From Octopus vulgaris (taxonomy: Eukaryota): 64,000 nucleotides of DNA. The stretch spans positions 16,802,001-16,866,000 of the forward strand of contig OX597815.1 in the NCBI GenBank assembly GCA_951406725.2. Direction: 5' to 3'. The notes beneath the pieces were generated by a model that saw only the letters and a program-made list of their open reading frames with translations, was not told the origin of the DNA and did not search any database. Below, in pieces: positions 27,059 through 40,796 of the stretch; the first letter of the stretch is position 1, and each line of letters starts with the position of its first letter. The position numbers and the translations under genes are program-made.

Positions 27059-27138
<80 letters not shown>

Positions 27139-27152
27139 GGATGCGCGTTCAC

Positions 27153-27194
<42 letters not shown>

Positions 27195-27569
27195 ACACAC
27201 ACGCACACACACACATGAATGCACGCATGCGCGTGCACACACAAACACACACACAGCGTACAACTCACATGCACCAATACGCACTCGCGCACATGCATAA
27301 ACGTATACACACGCACTACATACACCAACACACTAACACACATGCAAATACAATAAGAAAAAGTGGGTGGGAGTCATCCCCTTGATCATTTAAGTTGCCA
27401 GAAATAGCAACGAAATATTCCTCAAATAAAGCTCCATCGTCTTAAACAAGGAAGACCCCTATAGATAACACAACCTGGACGCTATAAAAAAAAGGGATTT
27501 TCATATTTATAATGCTTTTGGTGGTAGGTTTATTCAATAAAGGATAGCAAGGGGCAATGCAAAAACGAC

Positions 27570-30030
27570 AACAGCAAATACAACGAATGAAGAAATAGAA
27601 GAGTTTTTGACCCAGGAGAAGATACAATACACAACAATTATTGGCGATTATTATTAGCTAAGGGGGAGCAAAAATTAAAAATCATGAAAAATCAATGGAA
27701 AAAGCTTTGAATGTGTGAAAGAAACGATAAGAATGAGAGACTGATTGATTTTTGTTGAAAGAAAGAACTTTGAAATAATGATTTTTTTTTTGCCACAAGG
27801 GCAACCACGAGGAGGGGATTTAGTTGATTACATCGATCACAGTGCGTAGCTGGTACTTATTTAATCGATTCCGAAAGGATGAAAGGCAAAGTCGACCTCG
27901 GCGGAATTTGAACTCAGAACGTAAAGACGGACGAAATACCGCTAGGCACTTTCCCCAGCGTGCTAACGATTCTTATTTCTTTATTGCCCAGAAGGGGCTA
28001 AACATAGAGGGGACAAACAAGGACAGACAAAGGGATTAAGTCGTTTATATCGACCCTAGTGCATAGCTGGTACTTAATTTATCAACCCCGAAAGGATGAA
28101 AGGCAAAGTCGACCTTGGCGGAATTTGAAGTCAGAATGTAGCGGCAGACGAAATACCTATTTCTTTACTACCCACAAGGGGCTAAATATATGATGCTATT
28201 ATTTCATTTTTTTCTTTTTTTACTACCCACAAGGGGCTAAACACAGAAGGGACAAACAAGGACAGACAAACGGATTAAGTCGATTACATCGACCCCAGTG
28301 CATAGCTGGTACTTAATTTATCGACCCCGAAAGGATGAAAGGCAAAGTCGACCTCGGCGGAATTTGAACTCAGAACGTAACGGCAGACGAAATACCGCTA
28401 AGCATTTCGCCCGGCGCGCTAACGATTCTGCCAGCTCCCCGCTTAGGACTTTGAAACAACGAACATTCTAAGAAGAAATTACACCAAAAGTAGACACGAA
28501 AGATCCACACAAGAGAAACGAAAAGAAAAAAATGAAACATATTTAGTAACGACAAATAAGTCGCAGTTTAGCCATTGTTTGGCAAGAGTAAAAATTAAGG
28601 ATGATATGAGATTAGATATAGCTAAATTAGTGAGAAAAAAGAAGTCATAAGTAACGTATGAGTCTTTCAAATGAATATCAAATAGAAATATAATTATAAA
28701 ACAGAAGTACGAAATAGACTTAAAGTATTAAATGATGAGCTGTCAATCAAAAATGTAGATCTGCGATGAGAAAAGGTGATTGACATTACTACAAAGACTT
28801 GCAATCAAAGTGGTGGCGAGGAGAAAGGTAGAAAAAAAAAAGAGACACACGAAAGAAGCTATTAGGGTTTACGAAGCACTCGTGTTGATGAAGAGCAAAA
28901 GGGAAATCAAAAGGAGGCAGCAATAAGAAGATTGAATGCGTAGAACCTTGAAAACCTTTGGGAAAATGTTGAAATAAGGAATGCGAAATCTTGATATACT
29001 AAAAAATCGAGCAAGCTATACAGAGAAATGAAAGTTTCAAAGAACTAATATCCTTTCTTAGGGAAAGGATTGAAAATGACATTTTTGAATTCTGCTGATA
29101 AGCAAGTCCTAAATAACTGAGACATCATCCTTTGAGTAGTAGAATTCAATCACGAATTATATTCAAGGAAGAAGTGTTAACCGAGTTCTTCAAAATGTTC
29201 GTGACCCAGTTTATAAACAAATAGCAGGTTTCTACGCAGAATGTATCAAATCAAAATCACCGCAACTGGAACAATATTATCATCATACTTTTATATAAGA
29301 GGAGTGTCATTAATATTATTAAAAAATTACAGATCCTAACTTGAATACCTATTTGCCAAACTGCTACAAATCACGTCGATACAAATCGCCACGATAGATA
29401 GCAATGAACTAAGAGAACAAGTAGGTTTCACGAACAGGTTTTCTACAAATGACTACTTATGAAGTAAGTTATTCAGAAACTTGAAGAATATAGACAGCTA
29501 TCGTGTTTAAGCGTTATTGATTATGAGAACGTGAATACATCAAGGTGGAACGAAAAGAAATATGTAGAAAGCACACAAGTCATATCTAATGGCTATGAAA
29601 CACGTGAAGTCGTCAAAGTCAGCAATTATGCTAAAATAACAACTGACAATTCTTGGACTGTTGGAAAAGTGAAATGCAAGAATTCAGAGAAAGCAAAATG
29701 ACGAATCCAAGTCGTACGATGTGCTTTAGGTAAATTGAGTGACGTCATGAAAAGTATGATGCTACTCTACCGATGTGTGGTATATTTGACCAGTATTTTA
29801 TACCCACAATGACTCATGGAGTGATGGCTAAAAACATAGAACAGAAGCTTAGAACAATACAAGGATATATAGAAAAATGTATGTCAGGAATCACCAAAGA
29901 GAACAGCAATACTTGTCAATGGATACGAGAGTATGCGAAAGAAGAAAAATATAAAACATATTAAGAAAGTGGATGTGGGTAAAGCATATAACAGAAACAA
30001 ATGACAAAGAAAAGAGCAAGAGTGACAGGT
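27570..30030 (+). pseudogene. Highly decayed RTE-clade LINE interrupted by SINEs
   Basis: EQVGFTNRFSTNDY..KLEEYRQLSCLSVIDYE (~29410-29530); RIQ...LGKLSDVMKS..IFDQYFIPTMTHG..QKLRTIQGYIEKCMSGIT..WIRE (~29700-29935). Confidence 0.7.
27790..28443 (-). mobile_element. Multimeric family A SINE cluster
   Basis: Successive minus-strand units at ~27790, 27974, 28158 (partial) and 28215. Confidence 0.85.
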
Positions 30031-30349
30031 TCACGCAGCGTTCGTTTAAATCAGAGGATATTTATCGCAATAAATATTTTTCAACTTAGTTCAGAGTCAC
30101 AAGGTGAGTTCGTCACTGAGGAGATCAAATTTTGTCGTACTTGAAAATCATCGATGACATACTGAGCCAGTTCTGTATTTCTTATAACACACACGTATGT
30201 TTGTAAAATTTATCTAAGACAAAATACTACAGCTGGTGCCATTCTTACGTTTGTATATACATGAAGAATATTATGCGTCTCACTATTCTGATCCAATTCT
30301 GTTTCTAGGGATATATAGGTTAAATAAAATATGACAAATGTTACATACA

Positions 30350-31066
30350 GGTTAAATAAAATGAGACAACAAAACCAAAGCACTGTGAAATTTCTAGGAC
30401 ATTTTATAAAGAGAAGAGTATTCTTACAGCTGTTTCAGGGACATAAAAGATATTCCATCACCAGAGACGATATAAGAGAGTTAAATAGAAGGAAATAGTA
30501 GAGTTCAATATAAGAAGCTATTTTGGAAAGGGAGAGATATAAGAAGTATAAAGGGAAATATAAGAATAAAAATTAACATATATGATGGATGTTAAGCTTA
30601 CTGTTCCATTATCCAAGGAATGTGTTGCGGAAAATGGGTACAAAGGCTTCTTGTCCATGGTATGTAAGTTCCGATTACGTTCTGAGTTCAAACTCCGCCG
30701 AGCTCGACTTTGCCTTTCATCGTTTCGGGGTCTATTAAATAAGTACCAGTTATGCACTGGGGTCGATATAATCGATTTAATCCGTTTGTCTGTCCTTGTT
30801 TGTCCCCTCTGTGTTTAGTTCCTTGTGGGTAGTAAAGAAATAGGTATGTAAGTTCCGATAGGAGTTCATATTTTGTAATTACAAATGGATAGTTTGCAGG
30901 TGTTAATTCCATATGGTGTTCATTCAAAGGGATCTTGTAGTGTAAAATCATGATGATGGGATATCTTTTATATCCCTGAAACAGCTGTAAAACTACCCTT
31001 CTCTTTATAAAATGTCCTAGAAATTTCACAGTGCTTTGGTTTTGTTGTCTCATTTTATCTAACCTA
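30350..31066. mobile_element. Inverted pair of pLTR-like arms (~115 bp), each with a hammerhead motif
   Basis: 30350-30463 is the reverse complement of 30951-31066. Motif TGATGA-tgggatat-ctttt-atatccct-GAAA-cagctg-TA. Confidence 0.75.
30676..30842 (+). mobile_element. 5'-truncated family A SINE with 17-bp TSD
   Basis: ggtatgtaagttccgat at 30659-30675 and 30843-30859. Confidence 0.9.
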
Positions 31067-31389
31067 TACACGCTCACACACGACCCGCGTTAGACTCCTC
31101 ACTCATACGATTATCGAACCGGGAGTCTAACAGCGCTCCTTCGGTAGCACTTAGATAGTATTACCTACCTTTTGGATCTTATCGATCCCCAGACCTCTGG
31201 GGTTGGTCATTTTTTGCAATATAAACACACGCACTATACATTCATTCTTCACTCGTTTATTATAATGAATGTATAATGCATGTGTTTATTTGGCAAATAA
31301 AGAAAAAAATGACGATCCCGAAATATGACAATATCTGTTTCAACATAAGGTTCACATCAGGAATCTTGCAACACAAATTCATGAATGTG

Positions 31390-31473
<84 letters not shown>

Positions 31474-31475
<2 letters not shown>

Positions 31476-31645
31476 TTTATTCAAAAGCAGCAGAAATTCA
31501 ACAAAACAGTTTAACAAAACTGTCCGACGAACAGAAACATGAAACTCCGAGTAACAGCTTTTGTTGAATTTCTGCTGCTTTTAAATAAAGCATATTACTC
31601 TACCTCTGGTATTTGAGTACTCTTTTTTCCACCTTGTTTACATTT
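31474..31645 (+). mobile_element. pLTR-like short element (family P3) with fold-back and degenerate hammerhead (31520-31557)
   Basis: ctgt-CCGACGA-...-GAAA-ctccgag-TA-acag; inverted aaaagcagcagaaattcaacaaaa arms. Related to 61398-61532 and 45484-45680. Confidence 0.65.
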
Positions 31646-31659
31646 ATACACACACACAT

Positions 31660-31728
<69 letters not shown>

Positions 31729-31731
<3 letters not shown>

Positions 31732-31919
31732 GTAAAACTGTTTTTATAATAATTCGCCATAAAAACATTTTTATATGAATTAACAATTCGTTTTATTGCA
31801 TATGTTGCATATATTGTATGTATTGCATAATTATATATGCAACATATTCAATAAAACGAATTGTTAATTCATATAAAAATGTTTTTTATGGCGAATTATT
31901 CTAAAAACAGTTTTACATT
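31729..31919. repeat. Near-perfect ~190-bp palindrome abutting (TA)n
   Basis: Arms of ~85 bp (aatgtaaaactgttttt... / ...aaaaacagttttacatt) with a ~20-nt spacer. Confidence 0.9.
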
Positions 31920-32011
31920 AAACTGAAGAATTTAATAATTTTTGTAGAATAAATATTTGTGTTACTTTTGCAAGAATAGGGGTGACAAAGATTTCGAGGT
32001 TTTGGCCTGTT

Positions 32012-32046
<35 letters not shown>

Positions 32047-32210
32047 GCGCGCACACACACATACACACACATTATATATGTGTGTATGTGTGCACATAAA
32101 ATATATTTCCTCAATAAAAACTTCAGCGATTAGAGAAACAATGAAAAATGAATACATATATAATAAAATCATAACTAAGTGGAAAATGTCTACCGTTAAA
32201 AAATAATAAT

Positions 32211-32242
<32 letters not shown>

Positions 32243-32975
32243 AAAACTACTAGAGAAGAGCCTTTCCTTTAATAACGAACCTTTGCTGTTGGGAAGAAAT
32301 CAAATAGAGACCTCGAAATAGAAATATTTAGTATTTCAGCTAGTTAGATGATTAAAGATAATACAAGATAAAAATCAGTGGAAAAAAATGCTTCAAAAGA
32401 AGTAACTATTCAGTTGTCATTGTGATAGTCTATATTTTATATTTACCTACTTAATTGGTCTGGTTTTTTCATTGTGTTATTCTATATTTATACTTATGTA
32501 TTTCATTGGCTTCATTTTCACGAAGAATAAGTAATCTTAGGATTTAAATGGCTAGTTATATATCATTCGCTATCTTTTCGTGGAGTTGTTTTTGTTAGCA
32601 GCTCTTTTGTTGTTGTTGTTGTTGTTGTTGTCGTTGCATACCTTTTAAATATTTCTACGTAGATAAGGAATTATTCTGGTACTTAGAGACTCGACCATTA
32701 ATTGTTGTCTGGCGCCAATGTGGGTGTGTTTGTGTATGAGGCTATATGAATATCATAATATGTGAGTGGGTGAATCAGTACTTTTCTTTTTCTTTTTCTT
32801 TTTTCTTTTTTCTATATCAACGACGTTAGCGTAATGCCTTATACAAGCTAACACAATGACTTTTCGAATAGTCTTGTTGCAGAGAGACAAAACGAAACTA
32901 ACAAAAGAACAAACTCCTAATATATGACATCCTTTGTTTGTGCTAATTGATTTTGTTTTCTTCCTCTCTTCTCAG

Positions 32976-33063
32976 AACTATTGATTTCCAGACAGAAAGA
33001 TCCATTTCGAATGGAAGTGCAAATAATTCAATGAAATCAGAAATGGCACCGGTATAATTGATG
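32976..33063 (+). other. Candidate 88-nt exon
   Basis: Branch-like ctaat, long pyrimidine tract ending ctcag, and G|GTAAGG donor. The best frame is TIDFQTERSISNGSANNSMKSEMAPV*. Confidence 0.35.
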
Positions 33064-33125
33064 GTAAGGCCTGACAAATTTACAATATGTAGGCAAATAT
33101 ATGATGCTATTATTTTATTATTTTT

Positions 33126-33908
33126 TATTTTTTACTACCCACAAGGGGCTAAACACAGAGGGGACAACAAGGATAGACGAAGGGATTAAGTCGATTACAT
33201 CGACCCCCAGTGCGTAACTGGTACTTATTTAATCAACCCCGAAAGGATGAAAGGCAAAGTCGACCTCGGCGGAATTTGAACTCAGAACGTAACGGCAGAC
33301 GAAATACCTATTTCTTTACTACCCACAAGGAGCTAAACACAGAGGGGACAAACAAGGATAGATGAAAGGATTAAGTCGATTACATCGACCCCAGTACGTA
33401 ACTGGTACTTAATTTATCGACCCCTAAAGAATGAAAGGTAAAGTCGACCTCGGCGGAATTTGAACTCAGAACGTAACGGCAGACGAAATACCTATTTCTT
33501 TACTACCCACAAGGGGCTAAACACAGATGGGACAAGTAAGGATAGATGAAAGGATTGAGTCGATTACATCGACCCCAGTGCGTAACTGGTACTTAATTTA
33601 TCGACCCCGAAAGAATGAAAGGTAAAGTCGACCTCGGCGGAATTTGAACTCAGAACGTAACGGCAGACGAAATACCTATTTCTTTACTACCCACAAGGGG
33701 CTAAACACAGATGGGACAAACAAGGACAGACGAAGGGAATAAGTCGATTACATCGACCCCCAGTGCGTAACTGGTACTTATTTAATCAACCCCGAAAGGA
33801 TGAAAAGCAAAGTCGACCTCGGCGGAATTTGAACTCGGAACGTAACGACAGACGAAATACGGCTATGCATTTCGCCCGGCGCGCTAACGTTTCTGCCAGC
33901 TCGCCGCC
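33126..33908 (-). mobile_element. Family A SINE tetramer: one complete unit plus three headless 184-bp units
   Basis: Junction gacgaaatacctatttcttt recurs with tatttc at 33309, 33493 and 33677; only 33677-33908 has the head. Confidence 0.92.
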
Positions 33909-34044
33909 ATATGACGTTATTATTTGCTCTCAGATGGAGGTTATTTTGTCCTCGACCATTACATTCTGTTATTCGGGTGCAATGTATCTAAGACCACATT
34001 ATCCCTGCATTAAGTATCTTTCTTTAATTAAGATATCTTTCTCT

Positions 34045-34437
34045 TATATTTTACTTGTGTCAGTCATTAGACTGCGGCCACGCTGGGGCACCGCCTTGAA
34101 GAAGTTTTAGTCGACGTTATCGACCCAACTGCCTTATTCTTTTTAAAGCTTGGTACTTATTCTATCCGTCTCCTGTGCTGAACCGCTAAATTACGGGGAC
34201 ATAAACACACCAGCACCGGTTGTCACGCGATGTATGTATGGGACAAACACAGACACAAAGAAACACACAAATACGACGGGCTTCTTTCAGTTTCTATTTA
34301 TCAAATCCACTCACAAGGCTTTGGTCGGCCTGAGGGTATAGTAGAAGATATATGTCTGAGGTGCCATGAAGTGACATTGAACCCCGAACCATGTGACTGG
34401 GGAGAAAGCTTCTTACCATGTAGCCACGCCTGTGCCT
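34045..34437 (-). mobile_element. Diverged family C SINE
   Basis: Colinear with 11681-12092. Confidence 0.85.
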
Positions 34438-37064
34438 ATGTTAAAGTATAACTTGAGTTTGATTTGCCTGATATTTCTTGCCAAGTGAGCTACCTCGTAG
34501 AGGCGTCTTCAATGACTCAGTAGATATTATTTTTGTAAAGGTAAAAAACAGCTTGCTGGAAATTTTTGGTTAAATGACTTCAGTACTCAACAATTTTGTT
34601 TATAACACCATTTTTGAATTGCTTTTAAGACGAATTGCTAACGTGTTTCAAGAATATTGGCATTCTTGTAGAAAGCATGATAAATTCCAGATGACAGTTA
34701 GAACAAGTAGGTTAGTCACATGACTCTTTTCGCCACTAATGTAATAATTTGGGCTGGTCACATGATCTCGTCTGTCAGTAATGATTTAGGAACGGCTCTT
34801 CATTTCGCTGGAAATGAAAGATCGACTTAAAGCCACTCATATTGTTTAGAGTCACCACGTGGTACCATGGTTGCATAGTGCCATATCCCACTTTCCCTTC
34901 AATGATTCTAATGATATTTTAACTCTATTTATGTATATAGTATTCAACTGTCATTCATAAATTGTACTTTGTCCAGAAGTCAAATATATACATCAATTAT
35001 TAGTTTGTAGTGATTATATAAAATCTCAGTCTGTCCCATTCACATCGATACTAATTATTTAATGATGTTGCAAATATACATTAATCAATATCATTCGAAG
35101 GATTGCAGAGGGTCATATTATTGTATTTGTCTTTGTAAATTCCATTTATAATTGGCTTATGTTGGCCGACATTAGTTATCAATAAAATAGGCTACTTAGC
35201 GGCGAAACACCAGACATTATACAACTTGAGATGTTGTTCTATCAAGATCAACTTCGTGTGAATGCTATGGTGTTAATGGAATTAATAGGAATAATATACG
35301 AAGTTGTCTTTCAGGATTTAATCAGTATGTGAATAATGTTAAATGGCTGGAGAAAAATACCCTGTGACGCCTGCTGCATAAAAACTTAGAAGTAACGTAG
35401 GCGCTAGTATACTGGATATAATAAGTCAATACATTTTATTTTATTAAAACGATTGGGAAACACACAGAAATCTTATTTTATGAAAACTTAATAACAAAGC
35501 AGGCGCTAGTATTCTCCATGTAGTAAATTGAGAAACTTTAATAGATTAAAATTGCATCATTAGTGTTAAAATAACTATTATCGAAATGACTAATGCAGGT
35601 GGGGACAACTACGAAATTGTTATTAAAATAAATCAAATATGCAGTGTGGTGAGGAGTGAGTCTGATCTTTAGTAATACAGTGACAATTCCGGAAGCGTTT
35701 CTTTCTCTTTACGTATTTATATTCCATAGCGTATTACAATATAATGGTTACTACAACACTTGAGATTGACAAGTGAAATATTGATTTTGTGTGATCCTAC
35801 ACAGGTGATGTCTAATAAACCCGAAACATGTTCAAAGTTGTCAGCGTACTATCAAAGATCTGACTCGTCCCACATTACATTATATATTTAATTTAACTAA
35901 TCAAAATTTTCAGCTGTCTTCCTTGCTTATTCCTTTCAGAATTTGCAATTTAGACATTGGCTATTCTCATCAGTAAGGACGTGACTGTAACAAATTTAAA
36001 TTCTTTTGCTTATTACATCAAGTATGCTAGTAACCACTTCTTTATGAACATTGTTCATCGTTAACATTGTTAATTTCATGACGAGGTCAACATGCCGATG
36101 TCACCATTTAGTTTATGAGATGTTTTCCTGTTTTTGATGTTTGAACCGTTTAGTCTAGAAGAAGGGCTTTACTCATGACTTTCGTAGCCCGAACTCCCCA
36201 AATCATCTGTTTATTTAATAAGGGTCTTGACTATAGTAGTTGTATCATTTTTAATCATGAGAATTCACAACTGATTTTGCTGCTGTATTTTTCTGAGCGC
36301 ATCTGTAGGTCGTATACTCCTAGATTCTGATAGCCGAATCTTATAAAGTGATATTTGTTAATATTGTCATCAAAGCATATAAAAGGCAAATGAAATATTA
36401 CAAGATACGAAATAATTGAAAATAAAATGTAAAATCATGTTAAATATTAAGAATTAACTGGAATATTAAAACAAAAACAGAAACAAAACATTACTTGAGA
36501 AAGAATATATGGTAATAACTGTCTTGCACAAACAATGATGTCGGTAATATATAAAAAAATCTTGATTAATATAGGAAGAGCAAATAATGGGTGCAGTAAT
36601 AATAAAATAGATGAAACAGAACTTAAGGGAAAACAAGAAAATTTCCTTTCCAATGAAGATAATATATTTTGGAAATAATGCGTCGTTGTTTACGTCTGAC
36701 AGAAAACAATGTAGAACTATTGATAATGGAAAATATTACTAAAGAAAGGAAATTACAGATAAAAAAAAAATATATATATACTGGAGTAATCGTTAATCTT
36801 CGTTTCACAGAATGCGTATTTCTGGTTGGAGAATGTAAAAAAGAAAACAAAACGGACTAGAAGTAAGTTAACTTTAACGCTTTATAACCTATTAATGACT
36901 CCACATGATTAAAAATGAAACAAGTACTGATTAATGGTGTTTGTGGAGTAAGAGAAAAGAGAAATTCTTCAAATAAATAAAAGCAATCTAGTTCAATTAA
37001 TGGATTCCATTATTCGGATAAGTTTGTTAGCAAAGATAAAAATTACTACAAACTTTCACACGCT

Positions 37065-37234
<170 letters not shown>

Positions 37235-37870
37235 CTACGTACGTACATATAAATTATATATAATCTATCTACACACACACACACACACACATAGCATAAT
37301 ACTTTTTATCCCACAAAGATATCCATCATGATTATTAAGCTTGATCATTTGTTTTAAATTATAAAATTGCTAATTTCTTGGTTTGTAACCTTGTTATGTA
37401 CTTATTATTTGGACATCTTAAATTGAACATTTCTTCTGATTACAAACTTTAGCTAGAATTTTCTAATTATCAAGTGGTTAATACTGAATGAAATCTTCAA
37501 TAAAAACGTTTATAAAAAAAATTTATCAAACGTTGATAGTTTCAGAAAATAGAACGAATCAACTCTGGGGAAGTTTACTGCTTCTGGCTTTGGAATATAT
37601 ATAAAACATTTCGATAGAATTACATGGTAAGACGACGTAGTTGTAGAGTCAAAACTGGACTGAAATAAACAAAAGTTATTCCTCGACTAAGATTAAATAC
37701 AAATCTTATTGTTCTATAAAAGCTATGGCTTCAGTAGATTATGTTAATATAATAAGCGGATGCTTTTTCATGTTAGCCTCATAAATAACATAAAACGCAA
37801 CGCATACAGTTCGGAAATTTGGGTTGGTGGATATGTTCAGTGCATTTTGTAACTTTTATAATCAATAACA

Positions 37871-37999
<129 letters not shown>

Positions 38000-38234
38000 T
38001 TATTTATGTATATATTATGTATACATATTATATATATATATGTATATATATATATGTATACATACATATATATAAATAAATATATATATGTATATATATA
38101 TACATATATATATATATATTTATTTATTTACATGTATATATGTATATATATATATATATATACATATATATATTTATTTATTTATTTACATGTATATATG
38201 TATGTATACATATGTGTATATATACATATATATG

Positions 38235-38284
<50 letters not shown>

Positions 38285-38916
38285 AACACACAGACACACA
38301 CACAAACACACACAGAGACACACACACAAATATAGATACAGGCATAAATATTAATTGATATTCTGATCGATAAATCGTAAAGCGTCCATATATCAATTAT
38401 ATCGGACACTGGAGCTACTATTTTCTTTATATAGCATGATACGGAAACGAAGGGTATACAAATATAGGGGATAATTACAATCACATCTTTACAAGCAATT
38501 TTAGTCTGTTTGCACGCATGCTTATACACACAAGTCTCTCCAGTAGAATGGAATGTGAGTCCGTCGTTATCCACATGAAACATGTTATGCAAATGAATTA
38601 TAATGTATGCATGGACCGAATGTATAAGATGTCAGAATACAGACGAAATAAGGTTTGTTTTATGACTTTCAGACTCACACACGCACACACAGACGCATAT
38701 ACGTATGTATACATATGTGTGCATTCATAAAAAAGTCTTGACAAATACATCTAAAAGTGAAATAGTAGAATATCTTAAAAGTAACATTAAGAAATATATA
38801 ATAGTTTTTTTTCCTTACTTCACTCGTTCTTCTGAAGCTGGTCTTTAAAATAAATTACTAAAGTTTTTTATGATGTAAATATTCCCAAAGTAATAATTAC
38901 ATTAGGGAGAGAGAGA

Positions 38917-38981
<65 letters not shown>

Positions 38982-39432
38982 TGAGAGAGAGAAGCAATAT
39001 CAGATCTCACCACACCTCTGAGAGAGAGGACAACAAAAAAAAAAGCACGAAATATTAAAAGAAAAGAAACATTGACTGGTATCTTAGAGACAAAAGAAAG
39101 CAAAAATGATAATGATTAAATATCTCTAATGTTCCACGGTGTTGGCGTTCGGGAAAATCAACATGTTTACTAACGAATCTGATGTAAACAGGATGCTGTT
39201 GTTTAACATCGGAACAACCTAGATCAAGTAGACCTATAGTCAAAAGCATTTCAGCCGTGACCATCCCATCCCATCTTATATTTAGACACAGTGTATCTAA
39301 AATTACAATATCCAATGTAACGTCTTCGAAAAGACAGTTGGGTTTGATTTGAGGAACAATTAACTGCTAATTCTAGCAGGCCAAAGTTTCGTATTTTTGT
39401 AAATACGTTTTGTAGTTATAATTATATGTTAA

Positions 39433-39885
39433 CTAGTATATTCGGGTCTACTGGGGCCATATTTTAAAGATGAGGAATTTAAAAAAAAAACGAAAATTTT
39501 ATTAAAAATTAAAGAGAAAATGAGGGCAAAAAGCACTCGTTTTTTCACAATGAAAAATCGTTTCCTAGTAGCCGGAATTTCGCGACAAAATATATGTTTA
39601 TTAAGCACAATAGCCTGCAGTGCATGCCGCTGGGCATTGAAAGACAATCGCACAAACCTAGAGGGGCTCTGGACCCCCTTGAATCGATAAAAAAATCACT
39701 CTTTTTGCCATAGCAACCACATCTTTATAGCTTGCGAATTTTAACCATCGCGGGTCTCATCCTCATCACGCATTTAGTATCCCTGCCAATTTTCAGCTCG
39801 ATCCTAGCCTCGGTTTGGCTGCCATTAACCGCCAAAGCAAAATGTGCATACAATTTTCGTCCAAGGACTGTTTTATAGATATAGA
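39433..39885 (-). mobile_element. Possible non-autonomous Helitron
   Basis: Minus strand A|TCtatatctataaaa start and CTAG|T end; the hairpin is weak. Confidence 0.45.
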
Positions 39886-40373
39886 TAATTAAGAATTTAG
39901 CACAATAGTTGTTGCTCAAGATATAAGTTACTGGATTTACAGAAAACTTGATGTGGTTTCAACTCCCTTTTCAATATTTGTCTTTTCACTTATGATGCTA
40001 AACCTCGATCTTTTTAATGCAAACTCCTTACAAGTCACAGAAGGAGTCTCTATGTAGGTTGACACAGGTCAACGTGAAGTGAAGGAATATTACCAGCGGC
40101 AGCAGAAACGATAACTACATCACGATGTTTGTGCCCTCCCAATCTCACGCAAAGGGAAACCAGTATAAAGAAGTTAGGCTTGTTTCATAGAAAATAAATA
40201 TGCTTATATGAGTTGTGTTCACGATGTGGTTTCAGTTCCTGGATAGAACTAATTCATTTTACCTATGTCACAAAAATTCTGGGAAAGTAATTAATGTCAC
40301 CGCACCTCATGGCCATTTTTTTTATTGCAAATAAATCTTTTTAAGTAAATAGACATTTTGACTTACTCTATGA

Positions 40374-40764
40374 CTGTGTGTGGAAGCACTCCGTCGGTTA
40401 CGACGATGAGGGTTCCGGTTGATCCGACCAACGGAACAGCCTGCTCGTGAAATTAACGTGTAAGTGGCTGAGCACTCCACAGACACGTGTACCCTTAACG
40501 TAGTTCTCGGGGATATTCAGCGTGACACAGAGAGTGACAAGGCCGGCCCTTTAAAATACAGGTACAACAGAAACAGGAAGAAAGAGTGAGAGAAAGTTGT
40601 GGTGAAAGAGTACAGCAGGGATCACCACCATCCCCTGCCGGAGCCTCGTGGAGCTTTAGGTGTTTTCGCTCAATAAACACTCACAACGCCCGGTCGGGGA
40701 ATCGAAACCGCGATCCTACGACCGCGAGTCCGCTGCCCTAACCACTGGGCCATTGCACCTCCAC
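40374..40764 (-). mobile_element. tRNA-derived SINE (family D) with 9-bp TSD
   Basis: Minus head tggcccagtggttag...ggtttcgattcc; TSD actctatga at 40365 and 40765; 3' tail shared with 6295-6597. Confidence 0.9.
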
Positions 40765-40796
40765 ACTCTATGATTACATATATATGTAATCTTCAA

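Noticed and set aside
33126-33908. CRISPR-like regular repeat
   Set aside because: Units are contiguous SINE copies with no unique spacers, the context is eukaryotic, and there are no cas genes.
36150-36200. gaagaagggct...agcccgaac hammerhead-like remnant
   Set aside because: Both core boxes are broken and there is no helix I.
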